The notes below the pieces were generated by a model. That model was not told the origin of the DNA. It ran no database searches and saw nothing but the letters and a program-made list of their open reading frames with translations. Below, piece by piece: positions 27,705 through 42,140 of a stretch of 64,000 nt of DNA. A program made the position numbers and the translations under genes. Location: contig ADNK01003288.1 of the NCBI GenBank assembly GCA_000320545.1, forward strand, positions 1-64,000. The letters are read 5' to 3'. This DNA is from Bigelowiella natans CCMP2755. Taxonomy: Eukaryota > Protista > Cercozoa. Within the stretch, counting starts at the first letter, position 1; every line of letters begins with the position of its first letter.

Positions 27705-28519
27705 TTGTGCGCCAGGTGTAAGGGGGAGAGGGTCAAGAACTGGCAACAAAGAAAGACAATGATAGCAGCTTGCAAGGATGGTAATATTGAAAGAGTCAAA
27801 AAGCTTCTTCTTCTGCAGAAGGATGGAGGAGCTGCTATCAATGAAATCGTCGATGATCTTGGCCAGACTGGACTCATATGGGCTGTACGAAAAGGTACTA
27901 CAGTATTTATTTACTAGCACCCACAAGTATGTAACTTGAAACATGAGGAGGTTTAAGTTGATTAGTCTAAAATTTAAAAAAACGCTTAGGGCACATAAAA
28001 ATTGTCGAGCTTCTATGTGAATCGAATGCCGACGTAAACTTATCATCCCAAGCTGGATCGCCTCTCGAAATCGCCGAGGAGGAAGGCTACCAACAAATAT
28101 CACAGATTCTTCACGATGCAGGAGCGGTAAATGTGGGATGGGGGCACATTGATGATGATGGAGAGGAGGAGGAGGAGGAGGAGGAGGAGGAGGAGGAGGA
28201 GGAGTACGATGGACACAACGGGAAAGAGGCATATACTACATTGGGTGGCCAAAACCCATCTCTGGAGAAGAAAAGGAAAGAGATTCACCAATGGAGCATA
28301 ACAGGAGACAATAAAGAAAATAACGACGATAATAATACTGATACAAAGAGAGAAAAATATTATTCATCCTACTCGATAGAGACAAACTTCCAAGGGAAAG
28401 AGGGCACCGAGAGGTGTGATACATTTACACCACTACTTCTACTAATACGTGCTGATGAATCAATCAATAAACTGTGCTCAGTGCTGCTGCATATATCCCA
28501 ACCGCAAATCGCATTCTGA
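27705..28519 (+). CDS. Ankyrin-repeat protein, about 3 repeats, one intron at about 27896-27989; ends uncertain, may splice to the MYND ORF
   Basis: MIAACKDGNIERVKKLL..GQTGLIWAVRKG | HIKIVELLCESNADVN..GSPLEIAEEEGYQQISQILHDAGA. Confidence 0.65.
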
Positions 28520-28612
28520 ATTATTTTTATTAAAGATGAAGATGATTGGAAATTCATGCATGATTGAGTAATTTGAAGTTCTTGAGGCAAAAAGTTATAC
28601 TAGCGCATTTTT

Positions 28613-29156
28613 ATGAATGCCTTAGTTGGTTATTATCAACACCAGTATATGACAAAAATCAATAACAATATGATTCTGATATTTACCAGGAAACGAAACT
28701 CCCCTTCCTCTGTTTTCAATGGTAACTATAGCGACAACAACCTGAAGAGAATAGAAGAGAACTATTACAGTATTCGCAAGAAATATCATAACGTGCATCC
28801 TTTTGACGTTATACCAGTGAATCGCTTTTTTAGCTGTGCTACGTGTGGTAGTAGTAGTAGTAGTAGTAGCAAGTGCCATTGGGCCGCTCAATGTTGTCCA
28901 AAGTGTAAAGCTACGGTATACTGTAATGAGAAATGTCGTCTTCGCGACATGGCTCGACACCGAAGCTTTTGTGAGAGGATTCACGACCAACTTAAAAAAA
29001 CGCAGGAACTTGCAAAGCCTCTACAAGATGAATACTACTTTGAGTCAAAAGTCGGCCATTTTTGGGGACTCTGTGAGCCGCGTGATTACTGCCGCGCACG
29101 TGCATCGTTAGTGTGGAGGTTACAGGAGTTTGGTCGAGCTTGCCACAACAGTCGTG

Positions 29157-29191
<35 letters not shown>

Positions 29192-30127
29192 CTAGCGTTG
29201 GAGCTTGCTATGGGTCACATCTACGATCTACTCACTCTCAGCTCAGATGACAACCAAGGGATGCGTACAGTGGCACCCTCGCAGCTACTGGAACTTAATC
29301 GGGTGCAAGAAGCATATCATTTCATTAAGTGTTGGGTCGCAGCACGGAGAAACGTTGACTTCTATGATGAATCAGCTCCTCACCTCAAGATCATCGATGC
29401 AAACCCAACAGAGGAACTGACAACACTTGGGTTGTCTGAGTACATGATTTACACCACCGCACATACTCATTTGGATTTGGCCTTGATTAAACACGTTACG
29501 GCTAGAAGAATCGAGATTTTAGTTGATGTTCTGCATACGATTTTCGTTCCTACTTTACCTTTTGTTGAGCTTGTACTGCAATACTGGATGTCTCCTTCGA
29601 TTACGTTGCTATCGTCAGTGCCAGATCAGGGCAATGTGAGCAGCAGCACCAACAACAACAAAAATGGTAGTATTATGGTCGCAACTAGGGTGATTTCTCA
29701 TTTCGAGGAGCTTTTACGACGTGTTCACTCGCAAAACCCCATCGTAATACCCGCAATGCTGAATGGCAGCATTACAGCAACTGATACTAACAACCCAAAC
29801 TATGAGGAAGCAAGACATATTTTTCAAACATCGTATGCGTCATGGCGCTACTGCGAGCCTGATAACTCCGACAATCGGGGCGCTCTTCAAGCTCTTCATT
29901 CTACTGCAATAAAAAACAGAATAATCCGTTCAAACCAGAGCCTTCAGTTACCTGCGACAAGTATCTTTGCACCACCACCACTACCACCACCATCGTCATC
30001 ATCACTTGCTCAAGGAGTAAGTAGTGATGAAAAGAAAGGTGACAATGATTATATCAGCGGCAAGCGGGTGGTGGGAACTGGGTCGGCTCATTGGCAAGCA
30101 ATGGCTGGAAATGGTGTCGGCTGGTGA
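28613..30127 (+). CDS. zf-MYND domain protein, apparently intronless
   Basis: MYND finger CATC..CPKCKATVYCNEKCRLRDMARHRSFC, followed by FESKVGHFWG..RDYCRAR..DLLTLSSDDNQGMR..QEAYHFIKCW. Confidence 0.8.
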
Positions 30128-30237
30128 TATTATTACCGAAAAGTACTAGAGTAGCTCGACAACAATAAATTGTGCGGAATTGCTATCATGAAACAAATCT
30201 GGTTGCAAACCTAAAATGTAGCCTTCTCCCTCTCTCC

Positions 30238-30280
<43 letters not shown>

Positions 30281-30299
30281 CACACACGCACACACTGCA

Positions 30300-31300
30300 T
30301 GGGTACATATATACCGTGCTAGCATGTGAAATGGTTATTCACATCGAGTGATACATGCTCTAAACGATGCCATTGGTGCCCGTCAATTATTCAAGTATTA
30401 CACAATAATGTGTTCAATCTAGTCTGTGACATATGTTGGTGTCTACTGGCTAGTTGCTACTTATGGCGTTTCTGGATGTGTAGCACATCAGATAACTTAT
30501 CTAGTCATTATCATTACGCTAAGTCTTCTATTGTGTGCTATCTCTGGATTCTAGCTATGAGACGAAAGCAATTCAATGGTCATCCTAATGCTGCTAGACT
30601 AACATGCTATGCTATATTGCATCTAGAAATATCTGGCCGATTTATAAGATCTAGAGATATCTAGCTAGCTATAGATATCTGGATATGATATGTCGATATC
30701 AACAAATTTTCATGCTAGCATGCTAGCGCAAGCATGCAGCATGCTAGCATATCTAGATGTGTCTAGTGTGTGTAGGTGTCACTAATTAGCACTAGAGCAT
30801 CCTACACATGCTAGCATGGCTAATAATAAATGAGTAGCTACGCTAGTAGGTCTAGAGGTAGCTAGGTAGGTAGGTGGAGCGATACGCATTCGTCAACATT
30901 TCTAGATGTTACCTGCTACTACTTGAAATCGCCAGATGTCACACAGAGCGGGCATTGTAGTTCGCTAAGAGCATGCTAGCATGCTACAAGCTAGCAAGCT
31001 TATCTAGCCATACTAGCATGTCTAGATGTCTGGATGGTATGTGTTCCAGCTCGTTATTATTATATGTAATGCCTACACATGTATGTATGACTGACTGCGC
31101 GACAGACTCATCTAATCATTCTAGCATTGTCAAGTCTAGAAATGGTATCGAGTGTGATATCTTTAATCTAGTACAGCAAATTCGATCGTAGCATAATAAT
31201 TTGCTGCCGAAGCTATACGCTGATGCACACGCAGGACTAGCTAGAAGCAGCACCGCGAGGCATTAGTAAATAAAATCCAGCATCTAGCTGATACAAAACG
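30300..31300. other. CTAG/CATG-rich spacer between convergent genes (MYND and TVP38)
   Basis: Dense CTAG, GCTAGC, TCTAGA and GCATGC. Confidence 0.8.
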
Positions 31301-31737
31301 CCCTCAGCTAATAATGTTTACCAGGATCAGGATACATACACGTTGATAACCACATCGAGGAAAACTCGATCTTGGTATTTGTATGCAGAGATTTGCGAAA
31401 GCAGGACTCATTTCTGTCCTACTCTACATATTTTCAAAATAATAGTCACCGTCTTATTCTCATAACTATCAGAAATTATCATCGATGGTTATATCTAGTC
31501 CACAGGTAATTTGTCAAAATGGTCTACTACGACGTCAACACTATGCTGCTGTACATTTCCGAAACGATGCAGGTGGTGATGGGAATCCACCTTCTATACA
31601 TTAAAATCACACCAGGAAATAAATATGATACATCTTATGATGTCAAAAACGTGTAGATATTTAACATGTTCTGCGCAAGTTTTTGACTTTTGATTTGCTA
31701 CTTCCTTAATCATATGCCATTAGCACTATACTAGCTG

Positions 31738-31767
31738 TTATACCTTCTCTTCTTCTTCTCGAATTTC

Positions 31768-31802
<35 letters not shown>

Positions 31803-31953
31803 TTGAGGACTTGGAACCCACTGCATTCATCTGAAGATGGTTTTCATCATCACCCTCTCCACCCCTCTCCCCGAGACGTTGTTGCTGCTCAAGATGTTCA
31901 GTTTCAGCAATTATCCGATTGAGATATCGTTTCGCATACCTTAGCGTAATACG

Positions 31954-31986
<33 letters not shown>

Positions 31987-32637
31987 GTTGTAGCAGTAGT
32001 AGTAGTAGTAGTAGTTGTAGCAAAGTCACATCAATGACTACATATCGGTTGTAATTCAAACAAGCTACTGGAGATAATAAGATACAGTGGAACTCCTCAT
32101 ATACAGCTGCTGTCTATCCCCTCCTCTCCTCTGTTGTTGTTATTTTTCTACTACTACTACTACTACTACCACGAAAGTGCCACAACAGCACAAACAGTGA
32201 AGAAACCACCGATGATAAACACCAAGATTTGGACTAAGCCGGTGCTACTATCACTCGCCCCACTACCCTGCCGTAAACAACACCAACACTTTCAGGAGAA
32301 GACAGATAACGATTTCTAACACCTATCACCTATCACATTCACCTATCATCATCACCTATCATCATCATCTATTATCATCATCATCATCATCATCATCATC
32401 TTCGTCGCCTAATAGCCCATCACCTCATCACCATCATCTTCGTTGCCTAATAGCCCAGAAGCAGAAGTTCCGATGAAAACGAAGGCCACTAATGCAGTAG
32501 GTACCACCAATTTAGTGCATCATCATCATTATCATCGTCATTATCGTCATCATCATCATCATCATCGTCATCATCATCATCATCACTACTCAAGACTCAA
32601 CATCACAGATTAGAATAGATCAAATGTTGTTGCTGAC

Positions 32638-32674
<37 letters not shown>

Positions 32675-32912
32675 AAGCATGTCTTCCACCACAGTATAAC
32701 GAATATACTACTACTTCACCAGCAGCAGCAGTATCATCACCTGTCCCCGGAGTAATTCCTGTGAGAGTGATGACGTATGTTCTTAGTGCCACCGTTGTAA
32801 GACCCAAGACGTAATTAAGTGCCGTGAATGGGATCACAGGAGATAATCTCAGTAAAAACATCACTTTGAGCCCCTCCATTTCGATCGCACGATTCACAGA
32901 TTTCATCACCTT

Positions 32913-32943
<31 letters not shown>

Positions 32944-33173
32944 GAATAATAATAATAGAATGTTGATAATTAATAATATCGATGCTTTAGTTACCCAAAA
33001 TTGAGCATATCTTATCTTACAAGCAAACGTTCTATCAATCATTTATTCAGCTCACCGAGTAACGATTCATTAGCGCCTGTGCTTGTTCGTATAATACATA
33101 ACGCCCTGATGGTGACAGCAAATCATATTAGAAAGACATATATGTAAAGATATCTATCTATATATGTATATAC

Positions 33174-33208
<35 letters not shown>

Positions 33209-33312
33209 AAGAAGAGATCCTCTCACTATCAACCATTATATGAACGTTGAAAAAATATAACAGTAGTCCTTTCTACTATCTAAGTTTGTCTGCATGCTGT
33301 CCACACACACAT

Positions 33313-33378
<66 letters not shown>

Positions 33379-33956
33379 GTGTGTATAACCGAGGAGAAAG
33401 GACAAAATTGCCCCTAACGAGGCACCGATTAGTACACTGATGGATCCCAGGAGAATACCAAGACCCAAACCTACTGCACGTCCAAATACGAAGCCAGCGC
33501 CAAGAGTCAAAATCGAGCCAGGAATGAATAAAACCGTTGTGATCATGTAGACGCCTGCAAATGCGAACACTCCCTCCACTGGGTTCTCACGAACCCATCT
33601 CAGAAAACTGATCAAGATTCCATTTATATTTCCTTGACCTGATGAAGATTATTTATTGATGATGCAGAAACAACAAACACATGATAAGACTACTTCAGGT
33701 TCATGTGATGTTTTTTCATCGACATACAACCCGTAGAACAATTCATAATTATAACACCTGCAACTGTGAAGTCAATAATTACGAACACGATGACTCCTAG
33801 CATGATCACAACGATGGCAATTTTGAGAACTTTCTCCCACATCGGCATTGGAGAATCATCCGTTGCTGAGCTTCCGCTAGAGATAAGCGTCGTTCCGACT
33901 GCTGCGGGGTCGTTGTTTGGACGCCGAGACAGAGCCATAGGAGATGAAGAAGGCAT
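31738..33956 (-). CDS. TVP38/TMEM64 (VTT/DedA, SNARE-associated) membrane protein, multi-exon
   Basis: TTVLFIPGSILTLGAGFVFG..ASLGAILSFLLG|RY..GLKVMFLLRLSPVIPFTALNYVLGLT..PGT. TAA at 31738-31740. Confidence 0.9.
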
Positions 33957-34418
33957 GATGTATTATCACACCTTCTTCTTCTTCTTCTTCCTTGCTTCCT
34001 TGCTTCCTTGGCCTCTTCCCTTTGCTGCCTCAAGCTACCGTCGGCTTCGCAGTACTTGTAGCCGAATTATTAAAAGCATATCTATCCCTTGTCGCACTAT
34101 AAAAACCCCGATCCAAAGCGCATTCATACCTTGTCGCAATCTGGAATTACAAACCACCACGTCGCCGTCACTCTTCCGACCGGACGCTAGACGATTGTTC
34201 ATCTGGGCCCCCATTCGCTACTGCGACATAGGATTCCTACATGCAGGAAACAATTTTACGCATGTTGATGAAAAGAATTATCATCATCCTATGTTGAGAC
34301 GATGTTTCTTCGATATAAAATATCATCGAAGTTGATCAAACCTTCATCGTGGACGTATCTCTACGACCTACTGTAACAAAAGAATGATTCGTATGTTTTT
34401 TATGGATATTCTTCCGAC

Positions 34419-34454
<36 letters not shown>

Positions 34455-35149
34455 TGAGTAGTGAGTAAATAACACCAGAGAAGACAAGACACAAGACAGA
34501 CAGACACGCGATGATGGTGTGTGTGTGTGTGTGTCACCACCACCTGTGCACCACCACCACCTACTCGAACGACTCAGAAGAGAACAACCTAGAAAACGAT
34601 AGCCCTCTCACAGGCAGATCCTACCTCTAAAGGAGCACTGCAAATAGACAACGACAACAAACACTATGGGGGCTTGGGCGTGTTGCTTCACGGAGAATGG
34701 GGATTTGTTATTTTCAGGTGTATTGCTCCTCGCCCTTCTCCATCCTCCTCTCACTCAACCCTTCTGTTTCCATCCGTGTGCGTTTTAGGTTGGCGTCAAC
34801 GTTTAATAGATGAAGAAGAGGAAAATGGTTACGAAGAAGAAGAGGCAGTAGCAGCAGACCGAGAGCAACTAAGAAGAAGATGCATCGCAGCTAGTAGTTC
34901 GGGTACTGTCATACCTAGTAGTATTTTGGCTAGTGTCGTCAATTATCGACGATGAGAGTGTAGTAGCAGTTTGAATAGTGATAGTAGCGGCAGTGGTGTA
35001 AATAAAGGTCGCAACAACTTCATGCCATCACTACCTATTTGGTGCCGTATGCATATGTATAATAATGCACACATACACGTGAGATTATCTGTTGTTTGCA
35101 GTGAAACATACACATGTGTGATTATCTGTTGTTTGCAGTGAAGTCCAGA

Positions 35150-35258
35150 ATGAAAAATGCGCCATCACCTTCTATATCTACGTCTTCTTCTGTTATCGAA
35201 TATCACCATTTACAAAGGTAATGGTACTAGAAGGGCATTCTCATATTCTCCCCCTCCC

Positions 35259-35310
<52 letters not shown>

Positions 35311-35947
35311 AACACCTAAACATAGCTTGTTCCTCAGGATTATTGATAACGCTTGTTCTTCATCTGGGACAACAAGAGTAAGAACTAACAGTTCCAACGA
35401 GATAGTAGTACCCACAGATCTTGATGGTAAGGTTAAGGCACCACGACGACTGCGTATCTTATGTCTTCACGGTGCAGCTTCGAATTCAAAGGTGTGTGTG
35501 TGTGGGGGGGGGGGGGGGGTACTTCGTGACTGATTGTTACGACGATGGTGATGATAAATACGATGATGATGAGAAATCAAACCGACATCCAACCTTCTTG
35601 TTCTGCATTATCATCATCATCATCAGATTTTGGCTTTTTCCTTAAGGCATTTGGAGGCAAAGATTAAGTAAATAGCTGATAAATAACTATTCCTTTCTGT
35701 AGTAGTATCATTCTGCCTATGGCATTTTTCTCACATAATACTGTTATTTTAATTAAAATGCTTAATAGTGTACCCCCTTTTCACATAGGGAAATATCATC
35801 ATCGTCGTTGTCATCATCACCATCATCTATTGAGTTTGTGATGCTTGATTCTCCTTTGGAGCTTAGCAGGAAACAAGTGCAATTATGGGTTAGTAGTAGT
35901 GTGATCATCATTGTCATCTTCGTTCTCATCGTTCTCATCGCACGCAA

Positions 35948-35986
<39 letters not shown>

Positions 35987-36003
35987 TCAACAATGGCAAG
36001 TAT

Positions 36004-36055
<52 letters not shown>

Positions 36056-36467
36056 AGTAGCAGAGAATACGAGTTCATTCATCATACTGTCGCTAGAATT
36101 ACTACCAATATACTGCTGCTGCTGCTGCTACTGATAGGGAGACCCTGATATTCTGAAGATGTTTGGAAATAATGGAGACCTAAAGTATTTCTTGGTAATG
36201 TATTTCTTTTACTACTACTACCACTATGCCATTATAATCTCGAAAGTATCGTCATCATTATATTTTATGTTATTATTATCATTTTGCTGAGTAAGTTTAT
36301 TATGTCGAAGAAGTACTAAGACAACGCTTGCAATATCCAACAACAACAACAAGAAGAACAACAACAATGCTTTCACTGTTGATTAATATATGTCTAAATT
36401 ATCATTGGTGGTTTCGTATCATCATCATCATCATCATCATCATCATCGTGATCATTTACAACTAACG

Positions 36468-36502
<35 letters not shown>

Positions 36503-37785
36503 CAGTGGTACAAACATCAACTTTACCAACGTATGGCGCCCTCCCAAAAGCAAAAAGAAGGAGGAGGAGGAGGAGGAGGAGAGAAGAAGGAGGACAAGAA
36601 AAGCAAGGAAACAAAAGCAAGGACTCGCATAATCAACCTACCGACAAAATTATGGCATCGGGTGATAAATGATAGTGAGTGTTTGTTCTCGTGTGTGAAG
36701 AATAGTTTTGAGCTGCTATGTTTGCTGCTCATGCTTGCTACTACACATAACTAACGAAAATATAGCATTATTTACTGATGTTTACTGCAAATTACTAACG
36801 AAAATATAGCATTGTTATTCACTGATATTACAAATGCTACCTTTCCTTCTTCTTTATCTTGTTGTTCTTCTTCTCATTGTTTTTCTTATTTCACTACTAC
36901 TACTGCTACTACTACTTCTTCTACTACTACCAAAGGGAACACATCTCGCAGGACTTGAAAAGTCACTGAAACACATCTCTGCATTCTATCACGAGAAAGG
37001 GCCGTTTGATGGCATCTTAGGGTAATTCTTAACAAGCAAAAGACGACACACAGAGAGAAAAATAAGAGTAATAAGATTAAATAAAAAATAGTAAATGATG
37101 AATAAAAGGATACTGCCCACCATTTGACGATGATGACTTACATACATACATATATTCTCATCGCCATTTGACGATGATGACTTACATACATACATACATA
37201 TATACTCATCACCGCTAAAAGGGTAGTAAAGTTATAACAGCACAATACGTACGTTTTCTTCTAGATTCTCTCAAGGCGGTGCTACAGCAGCTCTACTAGC
37301 TGGTAATTGCACTAATAGTGATACTACTAGTAATAGTAGTTGTAGTAGGTTCGTGTGATTAAGTTGGACTGCACGTCATCATCTGATTTCTATCTATGTT
37401 GATGTGTCGTTGCTGTTATTGCTGCCTTCGTATGCGTCGTTGTTGTTTGTTCTGCTGATTATTTGTCTTCTATTCATTTATCAGCGTTAAAGCCTAGATG
37501 GTTCAACTTCGTTGTCAGTATTGCAGGCTTTGTATCACCACCGATAAATGTACGATCATCATCACTATCATCGTTATCATCAAGATCATCATCATCATCA
37601 TCATCATCATCATTGATATATCTATTATTACCATCCCAGGCTTTGTACAAGACAATAAATCAACACGAAGAAGAAGGAGTAGGAGAAATAGAAGGAGGGT
37701 GCTCGTTACTACCACCTTTATTGCAAGTACACGGTAGCGGCACTTGATCTTTAATTTATGGTTGATACTACTGCTACTACTACTG

Positions 37786-37816
<31 letters not shown>

Positions 37817-37934
37817 ACCTACTACTTGTGGATGAGGATGATGATGATGATGATGATGATGATACGACCAAGACGAAGTTTGCTTGCATCGAAATCAAAT
37901 CGTAGCAATAAATCTAACATCATACATCATGCGT

Positions 37935-37970
<36 letters not shown>

Positions 37971-38586
37971 ATATATTGCACGAATATGTATAATTCATTG
38001 ATTGATGATTGTACAAGGAAAATTGGACGAAACAGTCACGTTGAGTGATGGCAAAAAGGTAAGTAGCACTGCAAATATGATTAGCATGTAAGGCTAGAAT
38101 TTAGAATTTATATATATATTCTTGTCCAGACTCGATATTTATTATTATTACTACTCAACTGCTGTAATTACCAATCTTACGATTATTGCCACCGTAATCA
38201 ACTTGCTTGTTATCCGCTTTTCATGATCGTATTCATAAGATTGGGTAATATCATATGTGTATTATTATTATTATTATTATCACTATTATTTGTGCTACTA
38301 CTTTCACTGTAATTATCATTATTATTTGTGCTACTACTATCATTGTTATTATTCATGTATGTTACATCTATTCAGTTGTGTTCAAAGTTTGGAACTACTT
38401 CTAAGTTGTTTGTTACACCTGTTCAGTTGTGTTCAAAGTTTGGAACTACTTCTAAGATGTTTGTCCATGATGGGGCACATCATCCTCCCACGCGTAATCA
38501 GGTACTAACTACTACTACTACTACTACTACTACAACTACCAACGACAACGATGACAACTAAGGATATTGAGCTAATATCTGAATAA
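35150..38586 (+). CDS. FSH1/OVCA2-family serine hydrolase, multi-exon; ends approximate
   Basis: LRILCLHG, nucleophile motif GPFDGILG|FSQGG, LLQVHG..DETV and HDGAHHPP supply the Ser-Asp-His triad motifs. Confidence 0.85.
38361..38456 (+). repeat. Tandem duplication, about 51 bp period, of a splice acceptor plus exon start in FSH1
   Basis: ttcagttgtgttcaaagtttggaactacttctaag occurs twice. Confidence 0.9.
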
Positions 38587-38949
38587 CAGCAATTATTGAA
38601 TACGAGCGATAGACGATAAAGGACAACCATTTAGCACAATCTAGATCATTTGCCTTTTGACTGCTCTCTACGTGGTGAATGCTAGTGTAAATGGGAAGCG
38701 TTTCAAGGCAGAAAAACTTATACATAACTTTAATTTTAGGCGGCGGCTTTAGAATCAATCGCGAAATTCATCCTACAATTTGTGCCCACTGGAACTAATA
38801 CTAGAGAAAATGCCGGCACAACTGCTGCTGCTATAGCTTTAATGTAAGGCCCTGATGCACAACTTTCAGTCTCAGAGTGGAATAATACGAGTAGTATACA
38901 ATACACAAACATAAATGTAGCTGCTTTAATATAAGTAGACGTATGATAC

Positions 38950-39780
38950 TTAAATTGTGTACCATGTCTATTCGAGTGGCAAAACTGTATTTACTTATGG
39001 TACATCATAGTCTCATTGTACAGGCTAGCGTACATCATCACATGGTATGCAGACATATAGACAAGCTATACAAGGTCAATGCGCTTACTTGTGCGACTGC
39101 ATGCTCGTATCATATTGCCATGGTTATCGCCATACTAGCTAGCATACTTCGATCGTAACAGCTATGATATGCATGGTGCTACGGCTGCTGCTGCCGCTGG
39201 TTTCAGCTAGTTCTAAGTTGGACACGTAATAGTATAATTTAACCACGTGCAGCAGTTGTTAGTTGTTAGTTAGTACGTAGCCAGTGATGGAATTCACACT
39301 ACTAGACTGTCACCGCCGCCCTCATCTAGGCCACATTTTGTTGCATTGCGAAATCTTAGAGAGAGCAGCTACTAGTCAGATCAATATAGAGTAATACGCG
39401 TGCATGAAACCAGGTTACATGTCTGGACAACGATGCCTATATAAATAAGATATGCGCGTATACATGCAAAATTCCACCAGGAAATTTCTTCTGATTCCTC
39501 AATTAATGCGTCAATAAACACATGTGTACGTAGCTGCTACATGATGGCGACTAGCAGGTCATCATCAGACATCAGGTATCCCTATCCATGCTAGCATGTG
39601 TCTTACCCTGCTGGTGCGTGCTCGACATAATATGTGCGACTTATGTGCGTATATATTTTTATGTTGTTGCATGCGCAAACGGAGCGAGTTGGACGATAAT
39701 GCTCACATTCAAGTATATCGTTTATATCCGATGTGATTAATGGAAGTTATAACATGGTGAGCTACATGTTCCTGTCAACA
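38950..39780. other. CTAG/CATG-enriched spacer between convergent genes (FSH1 and coiled-coil gene); weaker example
   Basis: GCTAGC, CTAGCTAG and CATG/TGCA are enriched; no microsatellites. Confidence 0.6.
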
Positions 39781-39783
39781 TTG

Positions 39784-40137
39784 TCAAATGCTCGACTTAT
39801 CTGAAAACGCAGCTTCAAATTCTGCTTCAGAAGCCACACCTTCCTCATTGATATCACTGAAAATTACCTTATTATTACCTTCTGTGACCTTCACCTTCGC
39901 CCTCACAGTCGTTGTAGTCGTACTGTTTGTCGAATTATCATCATCATCATCATCATTATCATCATCATCATCATCATCATCATTTCCTTGATCATTGTGT
40001 GCTATTGGAACTTCTGTTATAAGTTCTGATGCTACAGCTCCATTTGAGGCAGCTTTATTCCTTTTCTTCTTCTGTTTCTTCTTTTTTTCTTTACTGATAG
40101 CAAATTGTCTATCGTCATCTTCAGAGGCAACACTTTG

Positions 40138-40170
<33 letters not shown>

Positions 40171-41812
40171 TCCTCCTCCTCCTCTCCCTACTGCTGGGTA
40201 ATTTATCACATTGATGTGCTGCATCGTTTCTGGATCAATCTCTTCGTAATTGCCAACAGAGTACAGTTTGAGGAAGTTTCTTCTCTGTTGTTCTAATGAC
40301 GTAGCATACTCAAGCTTTTGATCAACCTGTACATGTAGGAGGAAGAATACCATTAGTATAGTGCGTCTTAGCATACTTCTAATAGCGATGATCATCCGAC
40401 ATTATTCACACTATCACTTCCCACCAGTTGTTGTCGAAGTTCTTTGATCTCATCTTGAAGCTTCTCTTTTTCTCTTAGTGGTCCATATCTGCCATCATCA
40501 TCATCATCATGCCTTTCTTTCTTTTGCCCCTCCCCTCCTTCTTCCTCATTCTTTTTGGCTGCTGACAGTTGTTTCGGATGTTGTTGTACTGAACTAATGC
40601 GTTTCGGTGATTTCCACCACAAGCCTTTCCCCCCCCCCCCTCCTCCTCCTCGTGCCTGATCATCTAGAGCTTGCATTGCATGCACAAGACTCTCACTTTT
40701 GCGTCGAACGAGCTATCACAGCATGGTGAAAGATAAGAAAGAGGAGAAACAGATGAGAGCATTATCATCAGAAGATGAGTGATCATGGTTTGCGCTGCTG
40801 CCACTGTTACTATCCTTTGACAGTATCATGTATGATTTCCTTGCATTCTTTGACAGCATTATACATGTATGCATGCATGATTTCTGATAATACTTCTTGC
40901 TACTACTACTCTAGCTAATACGATTTGCTCATATACCACCACCTCTGTAAGAATCTTGGTCTCCTTCTCCAAACCAGTGCATCTTGCTCTTGTAATCTCT
41001 ACATGTTTTAACTCACGCTCATATTTTCTGATGGACACATTAGCCTGCAAAAATTAAGGATGTCGTAATATTAGGTATTTTAATAATAATGATAATAGTA
41101 ATAATAATTCGAGGACGTATGAAACATCGGAAGAAATAGAAATATCACGGAACAATAGTGGGGGTTGTTAGTGAGTCGGTTTGTGAGTTATCAGCGGTGA
41201 GGTTTAGTAGTGCGTATGAAGAATATATTGCCTCTGCAAGCTCCTTTTTGAGAGTCTTATTTCTCTTCGAGATTTCGTCACAGAATTCTTTACGTTTCTA
41301 TTGGAAACACATATGCTATTATCATCACACAATCATTGTAACCAACAATTCTCAGCATCAGAACCGTCGGAAGAATAGTAGTAGATCTGTTGAAAAAGAT
41401 GATGAGCACTGTTTAAATTGTTAAAGTTATCTACTATTTTCGTGCATGTCGAGTGATTCATGTGTTAACTTCGGTCTCCTTCGTCTTCGGGTTCTATAAT
41501 AATGATAGTACTTTGGCCGCATAGAAAAGAGCAGCATACTTTTGCACTTGATCAGCCTTGTCTTCTGTCAATTTCTGTATCTTTTTCTCTTTCTAGTGAG
41601 CATAACAGAAGAATATACAACAAGGAGGAGTGGACATCGCAACTGATTTTCAATAAATAGTAAATTATAGTTACCTCTAAAAGCTTTTCAAAAAGATTTT
41701 CAGCAAGAGTTTTTTGTTCCTTAATCAATTGATGGTGATGATGGAGAAGTTTTTCGCAGTATTCCTTCCATGTTTCCTATGAATGTCGTATAGTAGTGGT
41801 GATAGTGTTAGC

Positions 41813-41846
<34 letters not shown>

Positions 41847-42140
41847 CCGATTTTAAGATAAGAACCTTTGTGGTTATCATCATCCAACAATTCTTATTTT
41901 GAACTTATACTATTATTACTGCTACGACAAAGACCCTGACCACGTCAGTGCTGCATTACTTATTACTATATTTTTTATCAATACCTCATCTTTCTCCTCA
42001 GGAGCTTCTTCATCGGCCGCTGGTTTTGCTTCCCACGATCTATGGGCATCAGCGTTCATGTTCTTCACGGTACCAACACTGACCGGATGCTGTAGATCTT
42101 CTTCTTCCCCTCCCTCAGTTGTTGTCATCGGAGACGCCAT
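39784..42140 (-). CDS. Coiled-coil protein with weak taxilin-like similarity, multi-exon
   Basis: Spliceable heptad-rich exons: ETWKEYCEKLL, KRKEFCDEISKRNKTLKKELAE, RARCTGLEKE, EKEKLQDEIKELRQQL. Acidic C-terminus. Confidence 0.55.

Noticed and set aside
39784-42140. Assigning a taxilin gene symbol
   Set aside because: Only a loose match to the LCRELQ-type motif; generic coiled coil cannot be excluded.
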